Assembly: GCA_964016885.1 (NCBI GenBank)
Contig: OZ024744.1
Location: forward strand, 72,664,001-72,728,000
DNA: 64,000 bases
Source of the DNA: Eledone cirrhosa
Taxonomy: Eukaryota
Direction: 5' to 3'
The position numbers and the translations under genes were made by a program. How positions within the stretch are numbered: position 1 is the stretch's first letter; each line of letters opens with the position of its first letter. Of the stretch, positions 36,944-48,564 are shown piece after piece. The notes below the pieces were generated by a model that did no database searches, was not told where the DNA came from, and saw only the letters and a program-made list of their open reading frames with translations.

Positions 36944-37937
36944 TTTACGTCCGCTTTTCCCTGCTTGCAAGGGTAGGATGGGTCTTATTCAGCACAGCAT
37001 CTCTCCATTCGTCATGGTCCCTCGTCATCTCCACCGTGAGCTTCAATGATCTGAGGTCTGTTCTCACCACCTCCGCCCATGTTTTTCGTGGTCTACCTCT
37101 ACCACGTCTTCCTTCAACTGGCAATTCCTGGCACTTCTTCACCCATCGGTCATCCTCCATGCGCATCACATGTCCATACCACCTCAGTCTCCTCTCCCGT
37201 ACACTACATTCTATCCCTCTCAGACACAGTTTCTCTCTCAACACATTTATGCTGGGTCGTTCACGCACATTTACACTGCACATCCAACGGAGCATGCTTG
37301 CCTCATTTCTCTCCAACTGTCGCATATCCTCTGCAGTTGCTGCCCATGTCTCACTACCATGCAGCATCGCGCTCCTCACACAGGCATCATACAACCGGCC
37401 TTTCGTACGCAGGGAGAAACCCTTCTTCGTCAACAGAGGAAGCAGCTCCCTAAACTTCTTCCAACCCGTCCTTATTCTAGATACTATGGCCTCGGAACAC
37501 CCTCCTCCCATGCTAATCTGATCTCCTAGGTACCGGAAGCTATCCACTACTTCTATAGCACCCTCCTGCATTTGAAAAATATGTCTATCAATGTGACTTC
37601 TACTGTCTAATTTCCCTGTACATCTACTGCATACATATTTCTCCCTACCTGTTAGTTTGCCTGCTATCCCGCTACATCTCTTGTGTACCCAGGATCTGCA
37701 TTGTGTGCATTTTATAGAATTTATGCCAGTTCCTTTTCTGCATATCGAACATGGCCATTTCCCTGACGGAATCAGGGTTTTGTCCTCTTTTCTACTCATC
37801 AACACTTTTGTCTTAGTCCTCTTGCTTTCAACTGCTGTTTCCATAGCCAGAATTTATTCTCTAGCTCCTCTACTGATTCTGCTATAAGAACCAGATCATC
37901 AGCATAGAGAAGTTCCCATGGACAGCCAGTCTTAAAC
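36904..37937 (-). mobile_element. RTE family C, 5'-truncated, with 7-bp TSD
   Basis: Near-identical to the reverse complement of 15832-16865. GATTACA occurs at 36897-36903 and 37938-37944. Confidence 0.95.
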
Positions 37938-39688
37938 GATTACAAGCCATCAAATATATACAACTGCTTGCGCGTGCACAGATACACACATCAAAGCCGA
38001 ACAAGAATGTCTACGTAGGCACATATTTATAGATCCAGGTATAAACTATATAAACCTAAATGCATGCATACACACACGCATGCACAGACAAATCAAAATA
38101 TATATTTTCGTATATTGATGTTTAAAAAAAAAGAAATGCCAATAAAAAAAGTAATATATATTTGTCTAGGTATGTACGTTCGTGCAAATCAACAAAAACA
38201 GATATACATAACTTCATGCATACCAATAAAGAAAAAGACAATAAGTTTACATGACATAACATACATATATGTTTGTATATAATAATAAGTGAAGAGTTGC
38301 CTATATCTGTAAATATGTACCTGTGTGTGTGTGTAAGTATATATACATGTAAGTACGGCAGTCGCTTCATTTGCGTATTACGTATAACACACATAGCTTA
38401 TGGAATTATCATTAAGAGCATTCGATTCATATATGGACACAAAATTAATATACATATGTACAATACACAATTCTGTTATAAGATACTTGCAAACTATAGT
38501 AAAAAAATAAAATAAAATAAAACCAACATTAATACGAAATACCTACAAAGTATTACAGGAGTTACATCAGAGAATTTGTTTACTAACTATATATATATAT
38601 ATAGATGTGCATATATATTTATATATATAGATAGATATGTGCATATATATTTATATATATAGATAGATATGTGCATATATATATATACTGTGTGTATCTA
38701 GTTTGGAAAAGGTACACTGTATCTTGCATGCAATTAGAAGCAACTAAAAGTGTTGGTGTTTGAAAGGGCCTCTATAAAATATTGTCTCAAAAAGCCTTGC
38801 CCAACCCATGTTAGCATGGGAAAGTTGACATAGAATCTATGATGATGACATACATCTATCTGCAGTGGTGCACATCTATGAGTATGCTCACTCTTTTATT
38901 GCTTTCATAAAATACATTTCACTGTAAATAAGGCCGGTGCTAGAAAGGGCATCCAGCTGTAGAGACCAAGCCAAAATCAGTTCTATATGACCATGACATG
39001 GTCACCTGACCTGACATTGCTCACAACAGGATAACTCGTCTAACCCACGCCAGCATGGAAAAGTGGATATTAAACGGTGATGATGATGTTGATGATATGT
39101 ATTAATCAATCAATCACGATCAAAGCTGACCACTATTTTCACTTTGCTATTAGTTGTTGGTGGTGGTGGTGGTGGTGGTAGTAGTAGTAGTAGTAGTAAT
39201 ACTTGGATTGGATAACATTTGGCATTTCTAATCCAGCAGACAAGACCCATAATGTTTGTTTGATAACTTCCAGATTCAGTCAAACAACTATTGTTGAGTA
39301 CATAGCACTGCTTAATTATCATTCCAATATATGATAAGTAATTACAGTTATTTGAACAATTCCAAAGAAGAATTTGGTCATGGTCATGACAGCATTTCAG
39401 TTCTCAGTTAATAGATATCTCATCAATTACATAGTTTTGTCCAGTATTGTCTACCATTAAAGCATTCTTATCCTGTACTCTACTATTAACCATTTCATGA
39501 CAATATATTTAAAGAAATAAACTGCTATATTTTAATTTTGAAAATAATCAGGGATTTTGAGGGATTTAGTCAAATAATTAACTTTTATTTTATTATTTAA
39601 ACTTGTAAAAAAAATCATTATCATCATCATCATTGTCATCATTGTCATCATTTGTTGGATTTATGTTCTTACATAATGTTCTTACATA

Positions 39689-40330
39689 TAATTGTTTCTA
39701 CTTTTTGGCACAAGGCCAGCAATTACCCAGTACATTTATTTTATCGACCCGGTAAGGATGAAAGGCAAAGTTAACCTCGGCGGGATTTGAACTCAGACCG
39801 TAAAGGGATGTAAATGTTCTTACATATGTTATTAAATATAATCACTTTAAAACAATTGCCCTCCTTTAAAAATGTAAAGCAAAATCTTTACTGATCCTGA
39901 TCTTGTCACTGATTCATCGCTCTGTCAAATAATTGTTTCTACTATAGGCACAAGGCCAGCAATTAAAAGTGGAGGGGAAAGTCGATTAAATCAACTCCAG
40001 TGTATTACTGGTCCATTATTTATCGACCCTGTAAGGATGAAAGGCAACAAAGCTAACCTCAGCGAAATTTGAACTCAGAACGTAAAGGGACGTAACTCTA
40101 CGCCGCAAAGCATGTCCAACGTTCTACCGGTACTGTCTGTCAAATAATTGTTTCTACTTTTGGCACAAGGCCAGCAATTATTCCAGTGTATTACTGGTAC
40201 TTTATTTTATCGACCCCGTAAGGAGGAAAGACAAAGTTAACCTTGGCGGGATTTGAACTCTGAACATAAAGGGCCGCAACTCTTTGCTGCAAAGCATGGT
40301 GTCTGACCCTCTACCGATACTGCCAAACCA
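39689..40330 (-). mobile_element. Cluster of three same-orientation Nin-like SINEs
   Basis: Copies at about 39689-39812, 39929-40135 and 40144-40330. 'ctgtcaaataattgtttct' precedes both of the last two. Confidence 0.8.
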
Positions 40331-40974
40331 CATGATTCAAACAAGAGGCACTTTTTTTTGATAATCTCTGCATCATGGCTTGTTGATGACATCCTGCGTA
40401 GTATTTATACAGCGATAACTTAATATATATGATCATTATCATCACCATTTAACGTCCATATTTTCACGCTAACATGGGTTAGATAAGTTGTCCCGTCCGC
40501 TGTGAAACAAGACAGATCAGATGTTTGTGTCTTGCTAATACAGAACTCTTTCTGGCCTGGTTTCTACAGCTCTTCCTAACAACAATCACATTTACAGTGT
40601 GGACTAGGTGCTTTTGTGGTGACACCAATACAGTGTATTTATATATATATATACACATATCTAATATGTAGGCATGTATTTCACTGTACATTGAAATAAT
40701 AATAAACACCTTTAATTGCTTTTTGGATCTAATTGGATCCTGATCATGAGGCTTATATATCATCTAATAAACCACAAGGAAACATAGTAACATTCTAATT
40801 TGCATATAATTAGCGTTCATGTTGGGAATTAATTAAGATATATATCAAGAAGTGTGCTAGCAACCGAAGTGTATGTTAAAGTTATATCTGTATAGGTACA
40901 TAGTGTATAACTGAGACTGCAATGTGTATATAGATATACTTATTTTTAATATGAAAATATGTAAACATGCCAGA

Positions 40975-41345
40975 AAATACATGAGCAATGACTGTAGAGG
41001 ACATGTGAAGGCTGGGGAGTAATGAAAGCAACCATGCTTCGTTGGATGTGCAATGTAAATGTGAAAGGATGGTAGAACTTGGATGAATCGAGGGAGAAAC
41101 TGGGTTTAAGAGGAATCAGAAGTGATGTGCATTGGTACAGACCTGTGATGCACATGGATGATGATCGCTGGGTAAAGAAGTGCGAGGAAATCTCAGCGGT
41201 AAGAAGCTGCAGTTGGGGTAGATGAAGGATGACCTAGGTGGAGGTGGTGAGAGCTGATCTCAAATCGTTGAGATTCACAGAGGAGATGACACAGGAATGC
41301 CAAGAGTGGAGAGATGTTGTGCTGAAAATGACCTGTCTAAACCCC
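40975..41345 (+). mobile_element. Old family-C-like RTE 3' fragment
   Basis: Decayed NEATMLRWMCNVNV...MHMDDDRWVKKC...EVVRADLKSL. Confidence 0.7.
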
Positions 41346-41559
41346 AAACATATTTCTGTTTCTTTCCCTTCTCTCTCTCTCTTTCTATTTCATCTTTTAT
41401 TTCTCATTCTATCTCTGATGAAGTGCCAGTGTCGCAAGCGTAAAGACTCTTTTCCTACTATACCAAGCGTTAAACTAATACATTTCTTGATTCTACTGTG
41501 TCGTTTGCTTTTTCCACACACACATACTCACACACATTTATATATATATGTACACATTT

Positions 41560-41612
<53 letters not shown>

Positions 41613-41645
41613 GTTATGTAATAAACAACATAAGATAATTATTTC

Positions 41646-41698
41646 ATTTACCAGTGGTTTCTTGAAGACAGATGTTGTATCTGTCTTCAGTCGTCAGA

Positions 41699-41701
<3 letters not shown>
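41646..41701 (-). ncRNA. Hammerhead ribozyme motif, stem I mostly lost
   Basis: Minus strand: ttt-CTGACGA-c-tgaagacagat-acaac-atctgtcttca-a-GAAA-CCACTGG-TA-aa, with a perfect 11-bp stem II. Confidence 0.65.
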
Positions 41702-41739
<38 letters not shown>

Positions 41740-41870
41740 TTATATATGTGTGTGTGTCACAAGGTTAACCAAGGAATGTATGTATGTATATATATATATA
41801 CACACACACACACATTTATATATATATATATGTACACATTTACATATATATATATATATGCATTTATATA

Positions 41871-41915
<45 letters not shown>

Positions 41916-41942
41916 GTATATATGTATGTATATATGTATATG

Positions 41943-41991
<49 letters not shown>

Positions 41992-42618
41992 ATATATATA
42001 TAGATATATATATACATTCTTTTGTTAACCTATTAAAACAAAGTGATGCATTCAATGTGGAGTTAGCAAATTATTGTTTGTTATGTGATGTACCCAATAA
42101 AATCATAATTCTATCCTGTCTCAGACATTTATCTTTCTAAAGTCTAAAGAATGTGTGGGTAAAATTGTCAATGTGAAATATTTGGACAACTTTATCATAA
42201 TTTTCAGCTGGTGTCATACATTATTTAATTTCCCTTTTCTCAGCTATTATCGTGATGTTCCCAGACTGTGAAACCCCCTGCTTTCATGCATATCTTCTAT
42301 ATTCCCTTCTGCCTCTTATAACTAATTTCTTTCTGTTTAGTCATTTTTTTTTTCCTACTGTAACATCTTGAAATAAATAACATCTATTTACATTTCTTTA
42401 TTTCTCTTATCTATAGTAAGTCAAGTTGAAGTCTAACAAGTTTAGTTTTAAGTTTTCTTATCTTAGAAGTACTAAGAACTTACAATTTTAATGCTTTTAT
42501 GTATGATTATCAAAATTTATTACCGTATGATTTTTCACATTCTAAATTTAGTAACTATTCCCTCTTTCTACTTACAAAATTTGAGTTGTATAATGAAAGC
42601 AGATTATCTATCTATCTA

Positions 42619-42679
<61 letters not shown>

Positions 42680-42810
42680 GTGAGGTTTTTTTTTACAAAA
42701 TGAAAAATAACCGAGGTGTCCTACACGAGTGGAAGTATAAAGAAAAAGGGATGAAATCGAAAATGCAACTGAAGTCTTATTTTTTTTAAAATATATATAT
42801 TTATTTGGTT

Positions 42811-42848
42811 CCTTTACCGGTTTCGCAGTTCTTCTGCTTTTCAAAAGG
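42811..42848 (-). ncRNA. Minimal hammerhead ribozyme (U3-A8 variant), left arm
   Basis: Exact reverse complement of 43499-43536. Confidence 0.75.
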
Positions 42849-43498
42849 TGAGTTGAGATGGAGGGTCTGTGGTTTTTCTCACATCTGGTTGGTCTCTAAA
42901 TGTTACTTGTTTTATATGGAAAAACTGGCTCGAAAACCAGGTTTTTCGAGAAGTAATTTGATTGGTTTGTCAATAATATACACACACACAAGCACACAAA
43001 TAAACACATATCTTCAGTCTCAATAGAAAATCTGAACTCTGACACCTGAACTCTGACAGCTGGCCATATTCACTGAACCAGAACATTTCTCCCAATCCCT
43101 TTTCCCTTGACCACTATCTCTCCATTGTCATAACATTCACTATAGACTACAGAATAGTTTTCCAAATAAGGGCGCAAAAATGTAATGAAAACTTGTTCAC
43201 GTGACAGCCAAATTTCATTTATAACCAACCAAAAAAAAGCCTTCGTGAGCCTCATTTTTTCAAGTAAAAAGAAATTCAAACACTCATATATGAAAAAACA
43301 ACCTGTGACAACCCCCCCTCTCTTATTTGAAGAACTATTGTAACGCGAACTGGCGCGAAATTTATTATAATTATTGACAAACCAATCAAATTACTTCTCG
43401 AAAAACCTGGTTTTCGAGCCAGTTTTTCCATATAAAACAAGTAACATTTAGAGACCAACCAGATGTGAGAAAAACCACAGACCCTCCATCTCAACTCA

Positions 43499-43536
43499 CC
43501 TTTTGAAAAGCAGAAGAACTGCGAAACCGGTAAAGG
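43499..43536 (+). ncRNA. Minimal hammerhead ribozyme (U3-A8 variant), right arm
   Basis: cctt-TTGAAAA-gcag-aagaa-ctgc-GAAA-CCGG-TA-aagg. Stems I and II are perfect, stem III is the palindrome ACCGGT, and the cleavage triplet is GUA. Confidence 0.75.
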
Positions 43537-43604
43537 AACCAAATAAATATATATATTTTTAAAAAAATAAGACTTCAGTTGCATTTTCGATTTCATCCCT
43601 TTTT

Positions 43605-43640
<36 letters not shown>

Positions 43641-44112
43641 CGAAGGAGTTGTCGTAAGGAACCAGATGGACCATAACCAGAGTACTCAATAGCCAGTACT
43701 CAGTCCAGAAATAGCCGTTGAAACGGCTTGATCTCTGCCGTCGGGGTCATACATTTTCCTTTGCGAGCAGGGAAGAGCGGACGTAAAAAAAAAATATATA
43801 TATATAGTGATTGAGTGGGAATATTGGGAATATTGGTTGTATAGATTTATTTATTAATGCCCTGTATCACATGGAGCTGCATTAGTAAGAAATTCTTAAA
43901 AATCAAAAAAACAGTTCCATGATTGCATCACATTAAGAATTGAAGTCTTTGTTAATATCACAAATTTTCACAATGTCTGTCTGCTAGTAAAAATACTATA
44001 AACATTTGAATTTACAAATATATAGATTTTTTGCTAGATCATAACAGAATGTTATGAGTTTAAATTTAAAGTTTTAGTGTAAGTTGTTGAAAACTTTTAA
44101 TTTTATTTTCAG

Positions 44113-44136
44113 TCTGAGGAAATAGCTGAAGAAAGC
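44113..44136 (+). CDS. Candidate 24-nt micro-exon (SEEIAEES) of the MICU gene
   Basis: ttttattttcag|tctgaggaaatagctgaagaaagc|gtaagt. Only phase 0 is stop-free, matching the phase-0 start of the exon at 57648. Confidence 0.55.
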
Positions 44137-44939
44137 GTAAGTTGTGACTATAATCTGGAATATGTTACCTAACTCTTTAAATGGTTTATTGGTGGTTTTC
44201 TCTACCCTTTTTCAGTTTGCTATTAATACACATGCGCACACATGCACATGCACACACGGACAGAGACAGAGAAATGAACAAGACTGTATATACTCATATA
44301 TAAGCTAAGAAATATGTAAAGAAAAAAAAATCAATGTTAAAATGTTGGCTTATATTCAAGGTTAATATTTTGCCAATTTTCACCAAATTCAAAATTCTTC
44401 CTAAATGAGGTACTAAGATATTTTCATTTTCAAGGTGAATATAATACTGGTTTCACTTTTGAGATGAAATTTGTATTTCCTATTGTTTTTGATATGTTTT
44501 GAATGAATATGGCCTTCAAAATTGGTTGGAAAATGGTAAAAAATCATTACATAATGGCCTTATAAAACAAACTATTCTCTAAATAAAACTTAAAACCTCA
44601 TAAATATATTCTCCACTCATGAGAATTTCAAAACCACACCATCTAAACATAACATGTTGATTACCTGACTCAGCTTATAAATGGAATTTGGATTTTGCCT
44701 ATTCTATTAGCATTGTTTTTACATCCATTTTTCCATGTTTGCATGGATTGGAGATAAATTTAAAAAATCTCAGACTGTAATCTCATTGTTACATGATAGA
44801 TAATATTAGATTTCAGAAGTTGAATATTAATCTTTTATTACTAAGTACAACTGTAAGGAGTACTTGATACTTCCCCTAGTCTGTCATTGCTTACAAGCTC
44901 TCTATAGACGTTTAAATAAAATAAATAAATAAATAATAC

Positions 44940-45250
44940 CACCCTTTCTCTGTAAAGTTATGTTGGTACCACAACATCCAGTCCAAAATAAGAGGTTGTG
45001 TAGATGTCACGACAAAAAAACACACAGTCCACACTGTAATGTGGCCGTGTAGGTAACACGGTAAAAACCTCCCAGTCCACACTGTAAATGTGGTTGGTGT
45101 TAGGAAGGGCATCCAGCCGTAGAAAACCTGCCAGACAGTCCTATACAAGTGAGACACGATCACCCAACCTATCTTGCTTCAAGTGGGACAATTCCCGTCT
45201 AAACCCATGCTAGTGTGGAAGATAGACGTTAAACGATGATAATGATGATA
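44940..45250 (+). mobile_element. RTE family B 3'UTR/tail fragment
   Basis: Matches 27090-27400. Confidence 0.85.
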
Positions 45251-45916
45251 AATTGAAAGTTAAGGATTGTGGATTAGCAGAATTGTTAGAGCATTGGATA
45301 AAATTCTATGCAGCATTTATTCTGGCTCTTTACATTCTAATTTCAAATCCTGCTGAGGTCAATTTTGCCTTTTATCCTTCCAGGGTCAATAAAATAAAGT
45401 AGCATTTAAATACTGGGGTTGCTAAAATAGACTTTCCCCTCCACACAAATTGTAGGTCTTGTGCCTAGTTTAGAAATCATTATTAATTTGAAACTAAACT
45501 TCTAATAAAAATTGATTATTTTGATAATTAAAACACAAAGAAAGTATATTCTTGTTAGAAATATGGCCACAAAAAGGCTAATTAACTATAATATGACATT
45601 GGTATCTATTTTCAACTATGTTGTGTGAAGCAATTAGTCTTTTAGTGGCTCAGTACAATGTGAGTAGAATTTGAACAAATGATTATTTCAAATGTATTAA
45701 ATACCTCAACTAGTTACAACTGTTCTTAACATTCTCATTAGAATTAATTACAGGTTCTTTAAAATTAGTTGTCAACTTTGATGACCAACTGATTTAAAAT
45801 TAGAAACATCAAATATGTTTGCTGCTTTTTGTTTAACACCTTTGTTTAACACCTTGTTTTACACCAAACCCCCTAAAACTACCCATGGTTCTTTGACACA
45901 AAACTATTTGCTTTAA

Positions 45917-46112
45917 CTCTTTAGCATTTACATTACTCTATATATACTATTGTATTTGCCTCACATAATAAATATAGAATCTATGAGATTTTGATATTAT
46001 TTATTTTGAGAATAATATCTTAAAGTAGATATGAGCAGCCAGTTATGACCAATTTGAACAGAAAGAGGTGAGAGAATTCTGGCCCAAAATGGCTGATTTA
46101 AATGCTAAAGGG
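45917..46112. mobile_element. piggyBac-like MITE (TTAA TSD)
   Basis: TTAA|ctctttagcattta...taaatgctaaaggg|TTAA. Confidence 0.7.
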
Positions 46113-47215
46113 TTAAAGTGGCTATATATATAAAAAAAAAAACCTTCCAGCAATTTTATATAAGAAACTTTGTAAAGTCATGTTCGAAATACCAGCTTAA
46201 TAATGAGAAAATTATTTTACTGAATCCCTCCAAAATCTTTAGTATTTTCAAAAATTATTTGAAAAATCATAGTGTTGGCTCTACAATACTGTAAAGTAGT
46301 ATTGCTGATCTACAATAAAATGCACCATTTCACTCTGTGAGGAATTAATGCTGGTACTACAATAAACTGCACCTAGTATGTTCTGTAAAAAGGGTGGTAT
46401 TGGTGCCATGCCAAAATACATCCAGTACACTCTGTAAATTGTTTGTCACCAGGAAGGACATCGAACTGTAGAAATGTTTACCAAAATGGAATGTATGAGC
46501 AAGGAATGGTCTCTCTGACCTACCTCTTCATGCCAACTCATGACAGCCTGAAAGATTGACATGAATTATGATGAAGCATGTATATGTATGTATATATATA
46601 TATATATATATATATCATCGTCGTCAACATGATCATCAACCTTTTTGCTTTCCATTCTGTCATGAGTTGAACAGGTTATTACAGTACATGACTAGACTGA
46701 TCGTCACTCTTACATTTCATATTTGACATAATTTCTCTGGCTAGATGTCCTTCCTGATGCCAAATACATTACAGAGTGCACTAGGTGCATTTTGCATGGT
46801 ACCAGTTAATACCACTTCACAGAGTGTACTGGACACATTTTACATGACATCAACACTATCACTTTTTGGTGATGCCATTTCAAGACAAACATAAACTTTA
46901 TGCTTTATTTAGCTGTGTCAAATCAGCAAATGTTGGATCTCTGCATTGATTTATGCCAGGTTCTTGCTAATAACATTTGTTAATGCTCTCCTAAGCCATC
47001 TTTTATTTGAAATAAATCTCATTCAGATGGAGCTATTTTTCTTTTAGATTATCCAATACAAAAAAAAAAGAAAAATACATTGCAAATGAACTGGTCAATT
47101 TTATTTTTTATTTTTTTTACCATTTTTCAAATGAAATAACAGATGTAGAAGAAATTAGGAAAATATACAACATATTCATTGGTAAATTGTTCTTTAGAAC
47201 ATTTGCTCTTGCTCT

Positions 47216-47468
47216 GATCGATCAACAAGATCCCAGACCTCATTTGTTTGCCGATCGGGCCGACCTCATCAAATCAGACCAAGGAAACAATGTTTCCATT
47301 AATCTTTTCATTGCTGACACTATCTACCAGTCACAACTCCTGGCAGAAGGAGCAACGTGAAATAAAGTGTCTTGCTCAAGGACACAACGCATCACTCAGT
47401 TCGGGAATTGAACTCATAACCTCACAATTGCAAATCCAACCCTCAAACCACTAAACCACGTGCCTTCA
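47216..47468 (-). mobile_element. tRNA/Meta-like SINE with a non-RTE tail. Other copies at about 51697-51945, 56370-56603 and 61427-61620
   Basis: Same head and central domain as the 5490 family (gagcaac.tgaaataaagtgtcttgctcaagg) but ends 'tctgggatcttgttgatcgatc'. Confidence 0.75.
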
Positions 47469-48355
47469 TTACTTAACCAAAATATCTTAAATATAATAAT
47501 TGTTTCTACTTTTGGCACAAGGCCAGCAGTTACCCAGTACATTACTGGTACTTTATTTCATCGGCCCCGTAAGGATGAAAGGCAAAGTTAACCTCTGCAG
47601 GATTTGAATTTAGATCGTAAAGAGACGTAACTATGTTGGAAAGCATGGCGTCCGACCCTCTACCGATACTGCCAATCCACTGCCCTTCATTATTATATCT
47701 TAAATATAATAATGATGGAATGTTTTAATATATCTACACTTATAAATTGGCAGTTTTGTAGCATAGAACCAGGATTGTGGATTGCTATCAACAGGGTTAA
47801 TATTTTCATATTGAATTTTCATTTAATTGATTTATTTAATGTTTCTATGCTATATTAAGTGATGACTATAAAAAAATATATATATTGGAAGTCATGTTTT
47901 TCATTTTGGCCTGTTCTTACTAATTAGTTCAGTTTTGTTTGGATTTTCTATTTTTTAATAACATTTTCTCAAAGTTTGAAAAGTTATTTAAGTTAACAAA
48001 GAATAGACTTTCAAACATTTTCCCCCTTACCCTTAAAAAATGAAAATGTTTAGTTATTGTACTGACACAATGATTTATAAACTTTTTGACTATTTTGTCC
48101 AGCTATACTTTATTGTAATGATTAAGACAGACAGTTATTCAACAATTTTGTTGATATGTCATCAGTTCACTGACATAACTAACACCTAGTAAGGTGCATG
48201 TAACCTCGATTTTCTCATACAATGTAAAAAATTTCTATTGAGTTTGCTTGTTGAATCTTGTCTTTAACATGCAAGAACTGATATGATAAATGATATATAC
48301 ACCATTACACTAACATAATAAAATTATTAAACACCTGAGTAAATTAATTCCTTAA

Positions 48356-48564
48356 CCCTTTTAGCATTTAAACTGGCTGTATCCAGCCAGAATTCTCTCA
48401 CCTATTTCAGTTCAAACTGGCTGTAACTAGCCACTCATACTGATGTTAAGGTATTGTTATCAAAGTAAATAACATCAAAATCTCATAGATTCGATATTAT
48501 GTGAGATAAAACTGTTACCATGAAAATACAATAGTAAATATCGAGTAATGTAAATGCTAAAGGG
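48356..48564. mobile_element. piggyBac-like MITE, inverted relative to 45917-46112
   Basis: TTAA|cccttttagcattta...gagtaatgtaaatgctaaaggg|TTAA. Confidence 0.7.

Larger units (their letters stand above)
42736..43611. repeat. 242-bp inverted repeat (arms 42736-42977 and 43370-43611, 392-nt spacer), probably inverted PLE pLTRs
   Basis: Arms are reverse complements with about one substitution seen by eye. Each arm contains a hammerhead motif and the whole structure is flanked by (TA)n. Confidence 0.92.

Noticed and set aside
42244-42267. 24-nt exon candidate (ctcag|ctattatcgtgatgttcccagact|gtgaaa)
   Set aside because: The donor is weak and there is a stop in phase 0, so it is incompatible with the phase-0 exons downstream.
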